Positions 1-9,880 of a stretch of 64,000 nucleotides of DNA are shown in pieces (position 1 is the stretch's first letter; every line of letters begins with the position of its first letter). The stretch spans positions 79,740 through 143,739 of the forward strand of contig JBAZTR010000001.1 of NCBI GenBank assembly GCA_041661745.1. Reading direction: 5' to 3'. This DNA is from Patescibacteria group bacterium (GTDB lineage Bacteria > Patescibacteriota > Patescibacteriia > UBA9934 > GWF2-40-263). The position numbers were made by a program, and so were the translations under genes. The notes under the pieces were generated by a model. It saw only the letters and a list, made by a program, of their open reading frames with translations. It ran no database searches and was not told the origin of the DNA.

Positions 1-1508
1 AAAAAACTCTTCAAAACCAGCTTAAAACCGGCAAGGTGGCTCATGCTTATCTTTTTACCGGGCCGCGCGGTATTGGTAAAACCACGGTGGCACGTCTTTT
101 GGCTAAATCAGTTAATTGTGAAAAACCGGATAAGTCCAAAAAAGGTTTTGAGCCTTGCAACGAATGTTCAATGTGTAAGGAAACGACCGGCGGATCAGCT
201 CTTGATGTTTTTGAAATCGACGCCGCTTCGCATACCGGTGTTGATAACGTTCGCGAGTTAATTGATGGCGTGCGTTTCGCGCCCAACAAGGGAAAATTTA
301 AGGTTTATATTGTTGACGAAGTCCACATGCTGTCAACCGCGGCTTTTAACGCGCTTTTGAAAACATTAGAAGAACCGCCGGCGCACGCCATTTTTATTTT
401 GGCCACCACCGAAATTCACAAAGTGCCGGCCACGGTGGTTAGCCGTTGCCAACGCTTTGATTTTCGCCGCTTTACGCCAGCGGAAATTGTTAGCCGGCTG
501 AAAGACATTGCCAAAGCCGAAGAAGTAAAAATTGACGAAGATGTTTTGTATGAAATTGCTCGTCACTCCGAAGGCTGCGAGCGTGACGCCGAAAGTTTAC
601 TTGGGCAACTGTTCGCGTTGGGCGAAAAAGAAATCAAACTTGATGAAGCTTCGTTGGTTTTGCCGGTGGCTTACACGGAAACGGTTTTAAAATTTGTTGA
701 AGGCTTGGCTAAAAATGATGCCGCCGCGGCCATTCGCATTTTAAACGAAGGGGTAGAGCAAGGCATGGATGTGCCGTCATTTCTCGATAACGTCGTTTCG
801 CTTCTGCGCACGGTATTATTTGCCAAACTCGGTGGGCTCGAGCGTTTCCAGGAAGCTTATGAAGCCGGAGCGCTTAAGCGCGTTGGTTCGCTAACCGAAA
901 CTTGGTCGGTTAACGCTCTCACCAATGCCATCGAATTATTTTTGGCGGCGCGACGTTCGGCTAAAAACGATGCTATTCCGCAACTGTCTGCCGAACTCGC
1001 GGCCATGAAAATTTGTCATCCAGAAGCCGTGACAGTTTCTTCTGAAAAAAAGATTCCTCCGTCTACTCCAACCGCTCCAACTCCTCCTGCTCCTTTACAA
1101 GGAGAGGGTAGGGGTGAGGTAAGAAAGCCAACACCGCCGGTGAAATCAGAAATAATCATCGAACCGCCAAAGGTAACTTTGCCAACGCGATCAATTAGTG
1201 TTGAAGAAGTTCGCAGTAAATGGAATGAATTATGCCAGCGGCTGGAAGACAAAAATCCTTCACTTCTTTTAATTTTAAAAAATGCTGACATTACAAAAAT
1301 TACCGGCAATCAAATCGAAGTGCAGTTTGCTTTTGCTTTGCACGCCGAAACCGTCAATCGCGGTAAAAATAAAAACAACATTGATAATTTGTTGTCCGAT
1401 ATATTGGGCACGCCGGTTTCAGTTATGGCCACGCATGTTCCACCAACCGCCGAGGCCGACGAAGCCATGTCTATGTTAAGCGAAGCTTTTGGTGGGCAGG
1501 CAGCTTGA
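1..1508 (+). CDS. dnaX: DNA polymerase III gamma/tau, probably 5'-truncated by the window edge (ORF track start 36)
   Basis: HAYLFTGPRGIGKTT Walker A, zinc Cys motif, EIDAAS, DEVHML, NALLKTLEEPP, SRCQRF. Confidence 0.97.
   Translation, partial: KTLQNQLKTGKVAHAYLFTGPRGIGKTTVARLLAKSVNCEKPDKSKKGFEPCNECSMCKETTGGSALDVFEIDAASHTGVDNVRELIDGVRFAPNKGKFKVYIVDEVHMLSTAAFNALLKTLEEPPAHAIFILATTEIHKVPATVVSRCQRFDFRRFTPAEIVSRLKDIAKAEEVKIDEDVLYEIARHSEGCERDAESLLGQLFALGEKEIKLDEASLVLPVAYTETVLKFVEGLAKNDAAAAIRILNEGVEQGMDVPSFLDNVVSLLRTVLFAKLGGLERFQEAYEAGALKRVGSLTETWSVNALTNAIELFLAARRSAKNDAIPQLSAELAAMKICHPEAVTVSSEKKIPPSTPTAPTPPAPLQGEGRGEVRKPTPPVKSEIIIEPPKVTLPTRSISVEEVRSKWNELCQRLEDKNPSLLLILKNADITKITGNQIEVQFAFALHAETVNRGKNKNNIDNLLSDILGTPVSVMATHVPPTAEADEAMSMLSEAFGGQAA
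1081..1120. repeat. Half copy of the CCCTCCCC/GGGAGAGGG palindromic repeat, in frame within the dnaX linker
   Basis: CTCCTTTACAAGGAGAGGGTAGGGGTGAGGT; same tail at 2891-2930. Confidence 0.7.
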
Positions 1509-1626
1509 TCTTTTTACACAAAGACAATGCGGAGAAAGATGAGTTACGCAAAATCCGCGGCGGCATCTCGGTCGGGCGTCGCCCACGCGCGTCGATCAGG
1601 CTAAATTTTATTTTTCAATAAGCTTT

Positions 1627-1926
1627 ATGAAAGGTTATTATAAACTCCCAATAATTAACTACAGGATTGCCACACACGAGGAGGCGGCAAGTCGTAGACT
1701 GGCTAGTCAGGCAAATGAACTTCTGCCTATGCCAATTGAATCAGTGCCAGATGAATGTAAAAAAGATTTTACAAAACTAAAAACATTGATTGAAACAACA
1801 CTAGACAATCTTCCAAAACACAATGGGCTTATGACGCCAGTCCGACTTGCCAACATCCACAACAGTACTGCCGTAAAATACATTAAACTTTTAATAGAGA
1901 TCGAAGATAAAACAATTGAAAAATAA
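1627..1926 (+). CDS. Hypothetical protein, cassette-like
   Basis: 99-aa AT-rich ORF followed directly by an attC-like hairpin. Confidence 0.6.
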   Translation: MKGYYKLPIINYRIATHEEAASRRLASQANELLPMPIESVPDECKKDFTKLKTLIETTLDNLPKHNGLMTPVRLANIHNSTAVKYIKLLIEIEDKTIEK

Positions 1927-1932
1927 AATATC

Positions 1933-2009
1933 GCCTAACACGGTATATCTGGTTCCACTTCGCTCCACCCAAATTGCTTCGTAACTTCAGATATTCCGGG
2001 ATGTTGTTG
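1933..2009 (+). mobile_element. Solitary attC-like site
   Basis: GCCTAAC just after the stop codon; imperfect inverted repeat AACACGGTATATCTG...CAGATATTCCGGGATGTT; ends GTTGTTG before the next gene. Confidence 0.5.
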
Positions 2010-2026
2010 GAAATAATTAAAAATTT

Positions 2027-2353
2027 ATGTCAAATTTAACATTAAAAGAAAACCCGACATTAAAAGATTTACAAAAATATGTTCGGGAACTGGAGATAGA
2101 GCGAGGTTTTGATAAAGAAGATGTTTTTCAAAAATGTTTACTTTTAGGCGAAGAAACTGGCGAGTTGTTTAAATCCATCAGAAAAATAAATAAAGTGGCT
2201 AAGGTAGATCACAATTCCAAATTCGGTTCAGTTGATGAGGAATTGGCCGATATTATAATTTTTATATGCACAATCGCCAACCGGTTTGATATTGACCTGG
2301 AACGGGCGTTCAGAGAAAAAGAGGAATTGAATAAAAACAGAGTTTGGGAATAA
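2027..2353 (+). CDS. MazG-like nucleotide pyrophosphohydrolase
   Basis: LLLGEETGELFK...VDEELADII...KEELNKNRVW. Confidence 0.9.
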   Translation: MSNLTLKENPTLKDLQKYVRELEIERGFDKEDVFQKCLLLGEETGELFKSIRKINKVAKVDHNSKFGSVDEELADIIIFICTIANRFDIDLERAFREKEELNKNRVWE

Positions 2354-2394
2354 AGGCAGGAAGTTTTTCGCTAGATAAAATCAATAACAGTCCG

Positions 2395-3321
2395 TTATAT
2401 TTTCCTAACCTTTGCCACAAACAGCCCCTCATTATCCTTAGTCGGCAAAACATACTGAGTATTAACCGGTCCGGGTCGGGTGGAAACAAACGGAAGCTTA
2501 AAGCTTTCCGTTTTTAGTTCGGGATAAGTCGCGAGCAGCCACTCAATCATTTCACTGTCTTCTTCCGGAGCCAAAGTGCAGGTGGAGTAAACAAGAACGC
2601 CGCCGGGTTTAAGGCAAGCCACGGCCGAGCGAAGTAAGCGGCGCTGAATTTTGGCATGAGCAATAATATTTTTCTCACTCCAAAAAGAATACGAACGCGC
2701 TTCGTGGGTATTGACGCGTCCTTCGGCCGAGCAGGGAACATCAGCCAAAATTTTATCGAAAGCCTCCGGCTTTTCTTTATAGAGCAGGGAAGCGTCCATT
2801 AATTTTGTTTCCACAAAATCCGCTCCCTGAATCCGCATGGTGTTTTGCAGTTTTTGAAAGCGCACCTCGTTTTCTTCGCAAGCTAAAATTTCCCCTCTCC
2901 TTGCGAAGGAGAGGGGTGTAGGGGTGAGGTAAGCAGCAATCTGACTCGTCTTACTCCCCGGGGCAGCGCAAAGATCAAGAATCGCTTCATTTGGTTTTGG
3001 GTCAAGCACCAACACCGGCAACATCGAAGAAATTCCTTGCAGATAAATTTTCCCTTCGCGGCAAAGCCGGTGTTCCAAAAGTTCTTCGTCGCTTCGATTT
3101 TTGATGCGAAAAGCATGGGGAATATCCTTAAGGCGCTCGTAGGCAACATTTTCCTCACGTAAAACCGCCATTACCGCTTCGTCGGTGGTTTTAAGCGTAT
3201 TAACCCGAAAAGTCGGCAAGCGTTTTTCGCCGAAAGCCGTAATGATGTTTTTCGCCGCGCTTACCCCGAATTGTTTTTCAAGCCTGGCGATAAAAAGTGG
3301 TGGTAGATTAGCTGGTTTCAT
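2395..3321 (-). CDS. RsmB/NOP (RsmF-like) RNA m5C methyltransferase
   Basis: ILDLCAAPGSKT, DKILADVPCS, LVYSTCT. Confidence 0.93.
   Translation of the reverse strand: MKPANLPPLFIARLEKQFGVSAAKNIITAFGEKRLPTFRVNTLKTTDEAVMAVLREENVAYERLKDIPHAFRIKNRSDEELLEHRLCREGKIYLQGISSMLPVLVLDPKPNEAILDLCAAPGSKTSQIAAYLTPTPLSFARRGEILACEENEVRFQKLQNTMRIQGADFVETKLMDASLLYKEKPEAFDKILADVPCSAEGRVNTHEARSYSFWSEKNIIAHAKIQRRLLRSAVACLKPGGVLVYSTCTLAPEEDSEMIEWLLATYPELKTESFKLPFVSTRPGPVNTQYVLPTKDNEGLFVAKVRKI
2891..2930. repeat. Palindromic repeat inserted in frame in the RsmF-like gene
   Basis: CCCCTCTCCTTGCGAAGGAGAGGGG hairpin plus TGTAGGGGTGAGGT; encodes LTPTPLSFARRG. Confidence 0.75.
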
Positions 3322-3373
3322 AATCGGTTAAAGCATACCTGGTTTTTTTAGAAAATGCTATCATTTAGAGTAT

Positions 3374-4417
3374 ATGGAAACAAAAAAATTTTTTTCAATT
3401 ATCGGAGTTGTTTTGGTTTTGGCGGCATCAGTTTTTGCCGGCTATCGCCTTTTTTATGTTGGTTCGCCAACTAATACCAAACCAGTCCAAAAGGACGAAC
3501 CGGCTATTCTTTATTTAACTACCATGACACACCTTGAAGATAATTGGGCGGGGGCCGGCAAAGACGAGGATTATTTTAATCGCGTCGCGGCTGAGGTTCG
3601 TTACGGCATGGACTTGGCTAGTGAGTATGACGCGACTTTAACTTTTGAAACCGGCCTGCCGTTTGCCCAAGGTTGTACCAATTTTGACGATAATGTCATG
3701 GCCGAAGTTTTGGAACGTGGTCATGGAATTGGCGTTCATCCTGATTTACCGCCACAAAAAGAATTGCCAATTTCCGTGGCCACGACTCATATAAAAGAAC
3801 GCGTTGATGCCTTAAAAGAATTAGTTGGTAGCGATGAAATTATTGGTTGTTCTGGTGTTGGTGGAATGTCTGATTGGTATACAGCAAGCAAAGCGGCCGG
3901 CTGCAATTTTTTAGACGGCATTGTCGGTTTCAATTATTTGACTATGCCGATGAGTGCCAGACCCGAAGGATATACCGATGAAGCTATTTTTAACGCCTTT
4001 TTTCATCGCGCGGCGCCGGTTGGTGATGAACGGTTTTATCCTTTTTGGATTAACTCTTCAAAAGATTTTATTCCCGATGAAGATGGCAATATTCTTTTAA
4101 GCTCTGGTGAAACTTCCAGTTTGGCCGGATACGCCGAAGCGGCAAATGACACAAAAAATTCCTCAAACTGCGGTGACTGTCCGTTAACAGTGGAGGATGT
4201 CGAAACTTTTGTCACGGAAATTACGGCCTTTGCCGAAAGTCGCGACGTCACAAAAATTTCCAAGTTTAATATTTATTTTCCGGCCAACATGTTCGTGTCT
4301 GAAAACGAGGAAGTCTTGAGAGCCTTTTTTAAAGCAGCACAAAAATTACAAGAAAAAGGAATTTTAGAATGGGCCAGTCAAGCTGAGGTTTATGAGGCTA
4401 TGGAGGCAGTAAGATGA
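3374..4417 (+). CDS. Membrane-anchored hypothetical protein, possibly polysaccharide-deacetylase fold
   Basis: N-terminal TM; THLED, LTFE and RGHGIGVH motifs. Confidence 0.6.
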   Translation: METKKFFSIIGVVLVLAASVFAGYRLFYVGSPTNTKPVQKDEPAILYLTTMTHLEDNWAGAGKDEDYFNRVAAEVRYGMDLASEYDATLTFETGLPFAQGCTNFDDNVMAEVLERGHGIGVHPDLPPQKELPISVATTHIKERVDALKELVGSDEIIGCSGVGGMSDWYTASKAAGCNFLDGIVGFNYLTMPMSARPEGYTDEAIFNAFFHRAAPVGDERFYPFWINSSKDFIPDEDGNILLSSGETSSLAGYAEAANDTKNSSNCGDCPLTVEDVETFVTEITAFAESRDVTKISKFNIYFPANMFVSENEEVLRAFFKAAQKLQEKGILEWASQAEVYEAMEAVR

Positions 4418-4456
4418 AATAAATAATAAAAAAGTCGGTCAATTAGAAAAAAGGTC

Positions 4457-5593
4457 TTATATTTTTTCACCCTTAATAACTTTATTAAGAACTTCAAGAA
4501 TATTCTGATGGATTTGTTGCGGATTAAGCAAAGCAACAACCTTTTTTCGTTCTTTTTCAGAAAGTTTATTTTTTAATAATCGTTTTACCGCCAAGGCTAC
4601 TTTATCCGGATCATCAAAAGAATCAATAACCATTCGTTTTAGACCTGCTTTACGAAGAGTCTCGGCAAAACCAACGTTTTTTGAAACTAATATCGAGGTT
4701 CCGTTAACCAAAGCTTCAGCCGCCACATTGCAAAAGGTCTCAAAAAACGAAGGAACGATTAAAAGATCGATAGATTTGTAAAATTTAAAAAGATCCTCTT
4801 GGCTCATTGGTTCTTTTCGTTCAATTGTTTCCGGAATATCAAATTTTTTATCCCAGAATGAAGTTACCATAATCGCCCGATGTGGAAACTTCTTTTTTAA
4901 TAAAGCATTATGTAAAGCGATAAAAGACTGAAAGTTTTTAATTCTCGACCAACGACCGACAGCAGCTATAGAATAACGACTTTTTGTCTTTTGCCTGCAG
5001 GCAAAGCCGTTTTTAGCCGGATTAGGAATAACCACACTTTGATCGACCGAATGACCCAATATTTCTTTTTCCACTACTGTTTTGCAAAGGTTTGAGGGGA
5101 AAATAATAGCGTTAGCGGTCGAGGCTATCCATTTTTCATATGCCAAAAGGCGCCGTCGAACAAAAAAATTCTTATGACTTACTTCTTTTTGTAAAACCCC
5201 GGCATAACGTAAAACGACTGGAATATCAAGTTCATGAGCCGCGGTGGCTAATATCCACGGCACAAAATACGTCCCATTAATCAATAAAATATCTGGCGCT
5301 TCTTGACGTAGAATATTTTTTGTCGTTTCGATTAAAATACTCCAACGTTTTCTAAGATTACCAGCCCTTTCCCAAGAAAATTTGGGTATAACATCAATGC
5401 TATTGATAACATGATGGCTAAAAAACGAAGGTTGATAACGACGAAAAATCACTGCTCCTAAAAAATGTCTCGAAGTTACAAATTCGATGCCGACAATGGT
5501 ATCGTCTTTGTCCTCAAGCCAATCAAAAAGGGCAAGATTGGAAATTGTTATTCCCCCGAAAGCATCACGATTTATGTTAGTTGCGATTTTCAT
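4457..5593 (-). CDS. Glycosyltransferase family 4
   Basis: VGRWSRIKN, DLLIVPSFFETFCNVAAEAL. Confidence 0.88.
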   Translation of the reverse strand: MKIATNINRDAFGGITISNLALFDWLEDKDDTIVGIEFVTSRHFLGAVIFRRYQPSFFSHHVINSIDVIPKFSWERAGNLRKRWSILIETTKNILRQEAPDILLINGTYFVPWILATAAHELDIPVVLRYAGVLQKEVSHKNFFVRRRLLAYEKWIASTANAIIFPSNLCKTVVEKEILGHSVDQSVVIPNPAKNGFACRQKTKSRYSIAAVGRWSRIKNFQSFIALHNALLKKKFPHRAIMVTSFWDKKFDIPETIERKEPMSQEDLFKFYKSIDLLIVPSFFETFCNVAAEALVNGTSILVSKNVGFAETLRKAGLKRMVIDSFDDPDKVALAVKRLLKNKLSEKERKKVVALLNPQQIHQNILEVLNKVIKGEKI

Positions 5594-5710
5594 GATTGTA
5601 AAAATTATTTTTTTTAGCTTAACTTTAACTGATCTAAGATGACATAAATTATACCAAATTTATTCCCATTACGCCACTCTCTCTATTTTTTCTTTTGCTA
5701 CTTTATTCGC

Positions 5711-6814
5711 CTATTCTAGCACTGGTTTTTCTCCGGATTTCAGCTGAGAAACTTCGTCTTTACATTTAGCTACAAAATACTCTTCAGTACTTCCTAAATA
5801 TTCAATTTTGTCGCAATAACCCTCATCGAGCGTCACCCATGCCAAGGCTTCATAACATGCAGGAGTCATTCTGCTCTCGCCCTGTGCATTACTTGGCAAT
5901 GAGTCACAGTATTCCATACTGACGTTATTCTTCGATCTCTCCACGCATTCGTAGCGACCAGCGAATCCTTCCTCTTCTCCAAAGAGATGATCAAGACAGT
6001 AATAAGCATCACCGTTATCTTGCGCATAAATCATTGCGCATGCTGAAAGAATAGTATCAACATCACCACTATAATACGATCCATATTCTCCATCATCATG
6101 CCCCATTTTATTGTCCACAGCATCGCAATCTTTATACTCCTCAAGTAACGTCTTCATGAGATTGGCGTAACTGTCGTAATTAGGATAAAGATCGTCGACA
6201 GCGGTAAAGCGACAATGCTCCATAATGGCACTGTCTAGTTCCATATCCTCGCACGCGACATTATTTTTCTTTCCCCAAAAATACGCATATTGCCCAACTA
6301 AATAATCGAGCGGTTCAAGCTCATATTGCTCTGTGTGGCGAGCAACATTTTCTATACCTTCTGTATTCAAAGTCGGGAATTTCGCTTCGACCTCTGGATT
6401 CTTAAAATAGTAGGCCAAGTCCGCAACTGGAAAGACAACATTTTCAGATAAAATGCTGAAGAAATATTTTTTCAATGGTTCATTTTGACCTGTCACTCTA
6501 CAGGTATTTGTGCGAGTTACTACAAGAAAAGCGACGGACCCTTTTTCATCTATCCAGGAAACAGAACAATCAGTACGACTTGCATCGACATCCTCCATAC
6601 CGATCACCTGATCACAAATCGACCCTGACTCAATTGATTCATTGGAAACCGACAATTGACCGTAAAACTTCGCTACTGCAGGCGAAAGCTCACCCTTTTC
6701 CCCACAAATTGGAAGTGTTAAATATGGGTATATTTTTACCCCTACATATATTGTTCCGAGTAGACCAAGAGAGACAATAAGGAAAAGTGGCAACTTCCAA
6801 TAAAGTGATTTCAT
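5711..6814 (-). CDS. Cys-rich membrane-anchored extracellular hypothetical protein
   Basis: N-terminal TM; acidic body with repeated Cys pairs. Confidence 0.7.
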   Translation of the reverse strand: MKSLYWKLPLFLIVSLGLLGTIYVGVKIYPYLTLPICGEKGELSPAVAKFYGQLSVSNESIESGSICDQVIGMEDVDASRTDCSVSWIDEKGSVAFLVVTRTNTCRVTGQNEPLKKYFFSILSENVVFPVADLAYYFKNPEVEAKFPTLNTEGIENVARHTEQYELEPLDYLVGQYAYFWGKKNNVACEDMELDSAIMEHCRFTAVDDLYPNYDSYANLMKTLLEEYKDCDAVDNKMGHDDGEYGSYYSGDVDTILSACAMIYAQDNGDAYYCLDHLFGEEEGFAGRYECVERSKNNVSMEYCDSLPSNAQGESRMTPACYEALAWVTLDEGYCDKIEYLGSTEEYFVAKCKDEVSQLKSGEKPVLE

Positions 6815-6922
6815 ATTATCGAAATAGTAGCATGATATTTATCTTAAGAATATAGGGTCTTTCGAAGCACAAAAAGGGGTTTTACAAGGTAAAATCTAAG
6901 GGCCGCCAAACATCTGTACAAA

Positions 6923-6956
6923 GCAAAAACCCGAGGTCGTGAGACTTCGGGTCTTT
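6923..6956. terminator. Intrinsic terminator downstream of tRNA-Gln
   Basis: AAAAACCCGAGGTC GTGA GACTTCGGGTCTTT. Confidence 0.6.
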
Positions 6957-6998
6957 ACTGGTCATGAAACATTCCAATCATGTAGGAACGTTCCGTGA

Positions 6999-7072
6999 TG
7001 GTTCCGGGACTTGGATTCGAACCAAGATAAACAGATTCAGAGTCTGTTGTCCTGCCATTAGACGATCCCGGA
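6999..7072 (-). tRNA. tRNA-Gln(CTG) with encoded CCA
   Basis: Minus strand TCCGGGATCGTCTAATGGCAGGACAACAGACTCTGAATCTGTTTATCTTGGTTCGAATCCAAGTCCCGGAACCA folds as a cloverleaf. Confidence 0.96.
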
Positions 7073-7183
7073 GTGTTTCTTGCCAGGATCGTAAGATGGC
7101 AGGCTCTCTGCCACCCCGCCATAAAGGCGGGGTCTTCGCTCGGCCAAGCGGCCTCGCTTCGATTAGACGATCCCGGAGTGTTT
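7057..7183. repeat. 22-bp direct repeat of the tRNA 5' end plus leader, bracketing an 83-bp palindrome-rich insert
   Basis: ATTAGACGATCCCGGAGTGTTT at 7057-7078 and 7162-7183. Confidence 0.9.
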
Positions 7184-7194
7184 AATATGGCAAC

Positions 7195-7223
7195 AAGATA
7201 ACAGTTTTTTGCTATTTTGGCAA
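7195..7223 (-). promoter_or_regulatory. Sigma70-type promoter of the tRNA-Gln unit
   Basis: TTGCCA-N17-TATCTT. Confidence 0.6.
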
Positions 7224-7311
7224 TAAGTGGCTAACCCTTGATAAAAAATAAAAAAAGTGTTAGCCTTTTTTCGCTTATTTTTCTTTTTTTCGTTAAAATA
7301 GAAGGAAGCTT

Positions 7312-9135
7312 ATGAAAAAAACACCTGCCCTTAAAATTGGTCTTATTCTTTTAATTATTCTAGTTTTAGGAGCAGGCTTTCTTGTCTTTAAAAATAAAAG
7401 GGCAACCCCACCTACTGATAGTTCGTCAGAAAGATGCCAACAGGATGATTTTCCATATCTGGACTCCAGCCTACCTACCCAAGACAGAGTAGACGATTTA
7501 ATGAGCCGCATGAGCGAATGGGAAAAAATCGGCCAAATGGTGTTAGTTGAAAAAAACAGCCTTCACAACCTTGGTGATATTACTCAATATAATTTGGGGG
7601 CGTTATTGAGCGGCGGCGGGGCCGGGCCAAAGGAAAATACGCCACAAGCATGGCTTGAAATGGTGGGTGGCTTTCAGGCCGCGGCTAAAGAAACTTGTTT
7701 AGGCATACCGCTTCTTTACGGAATTGACGCCGTTCACGGTCTTGGCAATGTTTACGGGGCGACAATTTTTCCCCACGCCATTGGGTTGGGCGCCACCGGA
7801 GATGCCGATTTGGTAAAACGAGTGGCCGAAGCCACGGCCGAGGAAATGGCCGCCACCGGGATTTATTGGAGTTTTTCGCCAAATCTTGATGTGGCCAAGG
7901 ATATTCGTTGGGGTAAAACATATGAAACCTTTGGATCAGATACGGCCAAGGTGACGCGCTTGGGCCTAGCGTATTTGGAAGGGACGCAGGACTCCTCAGA
8001 AAATTATTTTAAAGTCTTGGCGACGCTAAAACATTTTATTGGCGGCGGGGCCATGGAATACGGAACTTCTCGCAATAAAGATTTCAAGATTGAGGAAGGG
8101 AACATAATAATTGATGAAGAAACTTTACGTCAGGTCCACTTGGCGCCTTTTGCCGCGGCCGTGGCTAGCGGGGCACAGGCAGTTATGGTTGGTACGGCCA
8201 GCTGGCAGGGTGAAATAAATCCGGCTAATCATTATCTTTTAACCGAGGTCTTAAAAGACGAGTTGGGCTTTTCCGGTTTTGTTGTTTCTGATTGGTATGC
8301 GGTGTATGAAATTTCGTTTAGCAAGTACGAGTCCTTAGTAACCGCCATTAACGCCGGCGTTGACATGGTCATGACTCCTTTTGAATACAAAGATTTCATG
8401 TTTAACATCCAAAAAGCTTTGGCTAACGGCGACATAACAAAGGAACGGCTAGACGACGCCGTGAGAAGAATTTTGACGGTAAAATTTGCGACCGGATTAT
8501 TTGACCGCCCGCAAGCTCTGCCGGAAGGCCTTGTTGTTATTGGAAGTGAGCCGCATCGCGCCTTGGCCAGAGAGGCGGTTCGTGAGTCACAAGTTCTATT
8601 AAAAAATGAAAATTCTGTTTTGCCACTTTCGTTATCATTGAAAAAAATAATCGTCGCCGGATCAGCAGCTGACAATTTGGGTCGCCAGGCCGGCGGTTGG
8701 ACCACCGAGTGGCAGGGTATCGACGGTAATTACGGTCTGTCAGGAACTACTGTCCTTGAGGCAATAAAAAGTGCGGTTTCTAAAGAAACCGAAGTTGAAT
8801 ATAACGAGAAGGGAGATTTTTCCACTGAAGATAATCTGGCCGATGTGGGGATTGTGATTGTTGGTGAAAAACCCTACGCCGAGGGTTGGGGCGACAACGC
8901 TAAGCCAAGTTTAAGTTCCGAAGACCTTTCCACAATAGAAAAAACAAAAGTAAAAAGTAAAAAATTGGTGGTTATAATAATTTCCGGCCGGCCGCTTGAT
9001 ATTTCCTCATATTCTAAGGATTGGGATGGTATAATCGCGGCTTGGTTGCCAGGCAGTGAAGGGGAGGGGATTACTGATGTGTTATTCGGTCTTTATCCGT
9101 TTACTGGCGTTTTGCCGGTGTCATGGGATTATTAA
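7312..9135 (+). CDS. GH3 beta-glucosidase, membrane-anchored
   Basis: EKIGQM, GIDAVHG, RWGKTYETF, KHF, GFVVSDW nucleophile motif, AAWLPGSEG. Confidence 0.95.
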   Translation: MKKTPALKIGLILLIILVLGAGFLVFKNKRATPPTDSSSERCQQDDFPYLDSSLPTQDRVDDLMSRMSEWEKIGQMVLVEKNSLHNLGDITQYNLGALLSGGGAGPKENTPQAWLEMVGGFQAAAKETCLGIPLLYGIDAVHGLGNVYGATIFPHAIGLGATGDADLVKRVAEATAEEMAATGIYWSFSPNLDVAKDIRWGKTYETFGSDTAKVTRLGLAYLEGTQDSSENYFKVLATLKHFIGGGAMEYGTSRNKDFKIEEGNIIIDEETLRQVHLAPFAAAVASGAQAVMVGTASWQGEINPANHYLLTEVLKDELGFSGFVVSDWYAVYEISFSKYESLVTAINAGVDMVMTPFEYKDFMFNIQKALANGDITKERLDDAVRRILTVKFATGLFDRPQALPEGLVVIGSEPHRALAREAVRESQVLLKNENSVLPLSLSLKKIIVAGSAADNLGRQAGGWTTEWQGIDGNYGLSGTTVLEAIKSAVSKETEVEYNEKGDFSTEDNLADVGIVIVGEKPYAEGWGDNAKPSLSSEDLSTIEKTKVKSKKLVVIIISGRPLDISSYSKDWDGIIAAWLPGSEGEGITDVLFGLYPFTGVLPVSWDY

Positions 9136-9154
9136 AAAATTTATTGGGGGGGGT

Positions 9155-9796
9155 ATGAGGAATATTTTGCCAGAAAAAGAATATAAAATTCTAAAAAAAT
9201 TAAACACCCCAGCCAAGGTGCAAGATTTTTTAAATAAGCTGCCGTTTAATTTTGAGCCGCATGGCGACACTTCGTATTCGCCCATGATGGTTTTAAAAAA
9301 GGGAACATGTCACTGCGCCGAAGGGGCGGTCTTGGCCGCTTTAGCCTTGCGTGTGCACGGGCACGAACCGCTACTTCTTGATCTCACTTCAAACAAAAAC
9401 GATTTTGATCATGTTGTGGCTTTATTTAAAAAAGACGGCCGCTGGGGTGCTATTTCCAAAACCAACCACGCTGTTTTGCGCTACCGCGAGCCGGTTTACG
9501 CTTCGGTTCGCGAACTGGTCATGAGTTACTTTCATGAATACTTTCTTAACAATAACGGTAAAAAAACTTTGCGGAGTTTTTCTGGGCCGGTCAATTTGAA
9601 GCGTTTTGACAAGCGCGGCTGGATGACAACTTTGGAAGAAACGGATTATATTCCGGAATATTTGGCCGAGGTGAAACATTTTTCGATTTTAACCAGAAAA
9701 CAAATCGCCGGCTTGCGTTGTGCCGAACCGATTGAAATCGAGGCAGGGAAGATTGTGGAGTGGAACTCGAAAAAAGCTAATTATACACAGGGCTGA
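9155..9796 (+). CDS. Transglutaminase-like hypothetical protein (start reassigned to ATG 9155)
   Basis: HCAEGA...DHVVALF...WGAISK pattern. Confidence 0.7.
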   Translation: MRNILPEKEYKILKKLNTPAKVQDFLNKLPFNFEPHGDTSYSPMMVLKKGTCHCAEGAVLAALALRVHGHEPLLLDLTSNKNDFDHVVALFKKDGRWGAISKTNHAVLRYREPVYASVRELVMSYFHEYFLNNNGKKTLRSFSGPVNLKRFDKRGWMTTLEETDYIPEYLAEVKHFSILTRKQIAGLRCAEPIEIEAGKIVEWNSKKANYTQG

Positions 9797-9880
9797 TATT
9801 GTGAGGCTTTTTCCGCTAAGGTATGCTATAATAGAAAAAGTTTTAAGGATTATTTTTAGATAATCCATTATAAAAAATAT

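Noticed and set aside
1525-1605. GC-rich patch after dnaX as an RNA gene or element end
   Set aside because: No convincing fold or recognisable motif
6964-7185. 73-aa ORF
   Set aside because: Antisense shadow of tRNA-Gln and its leader
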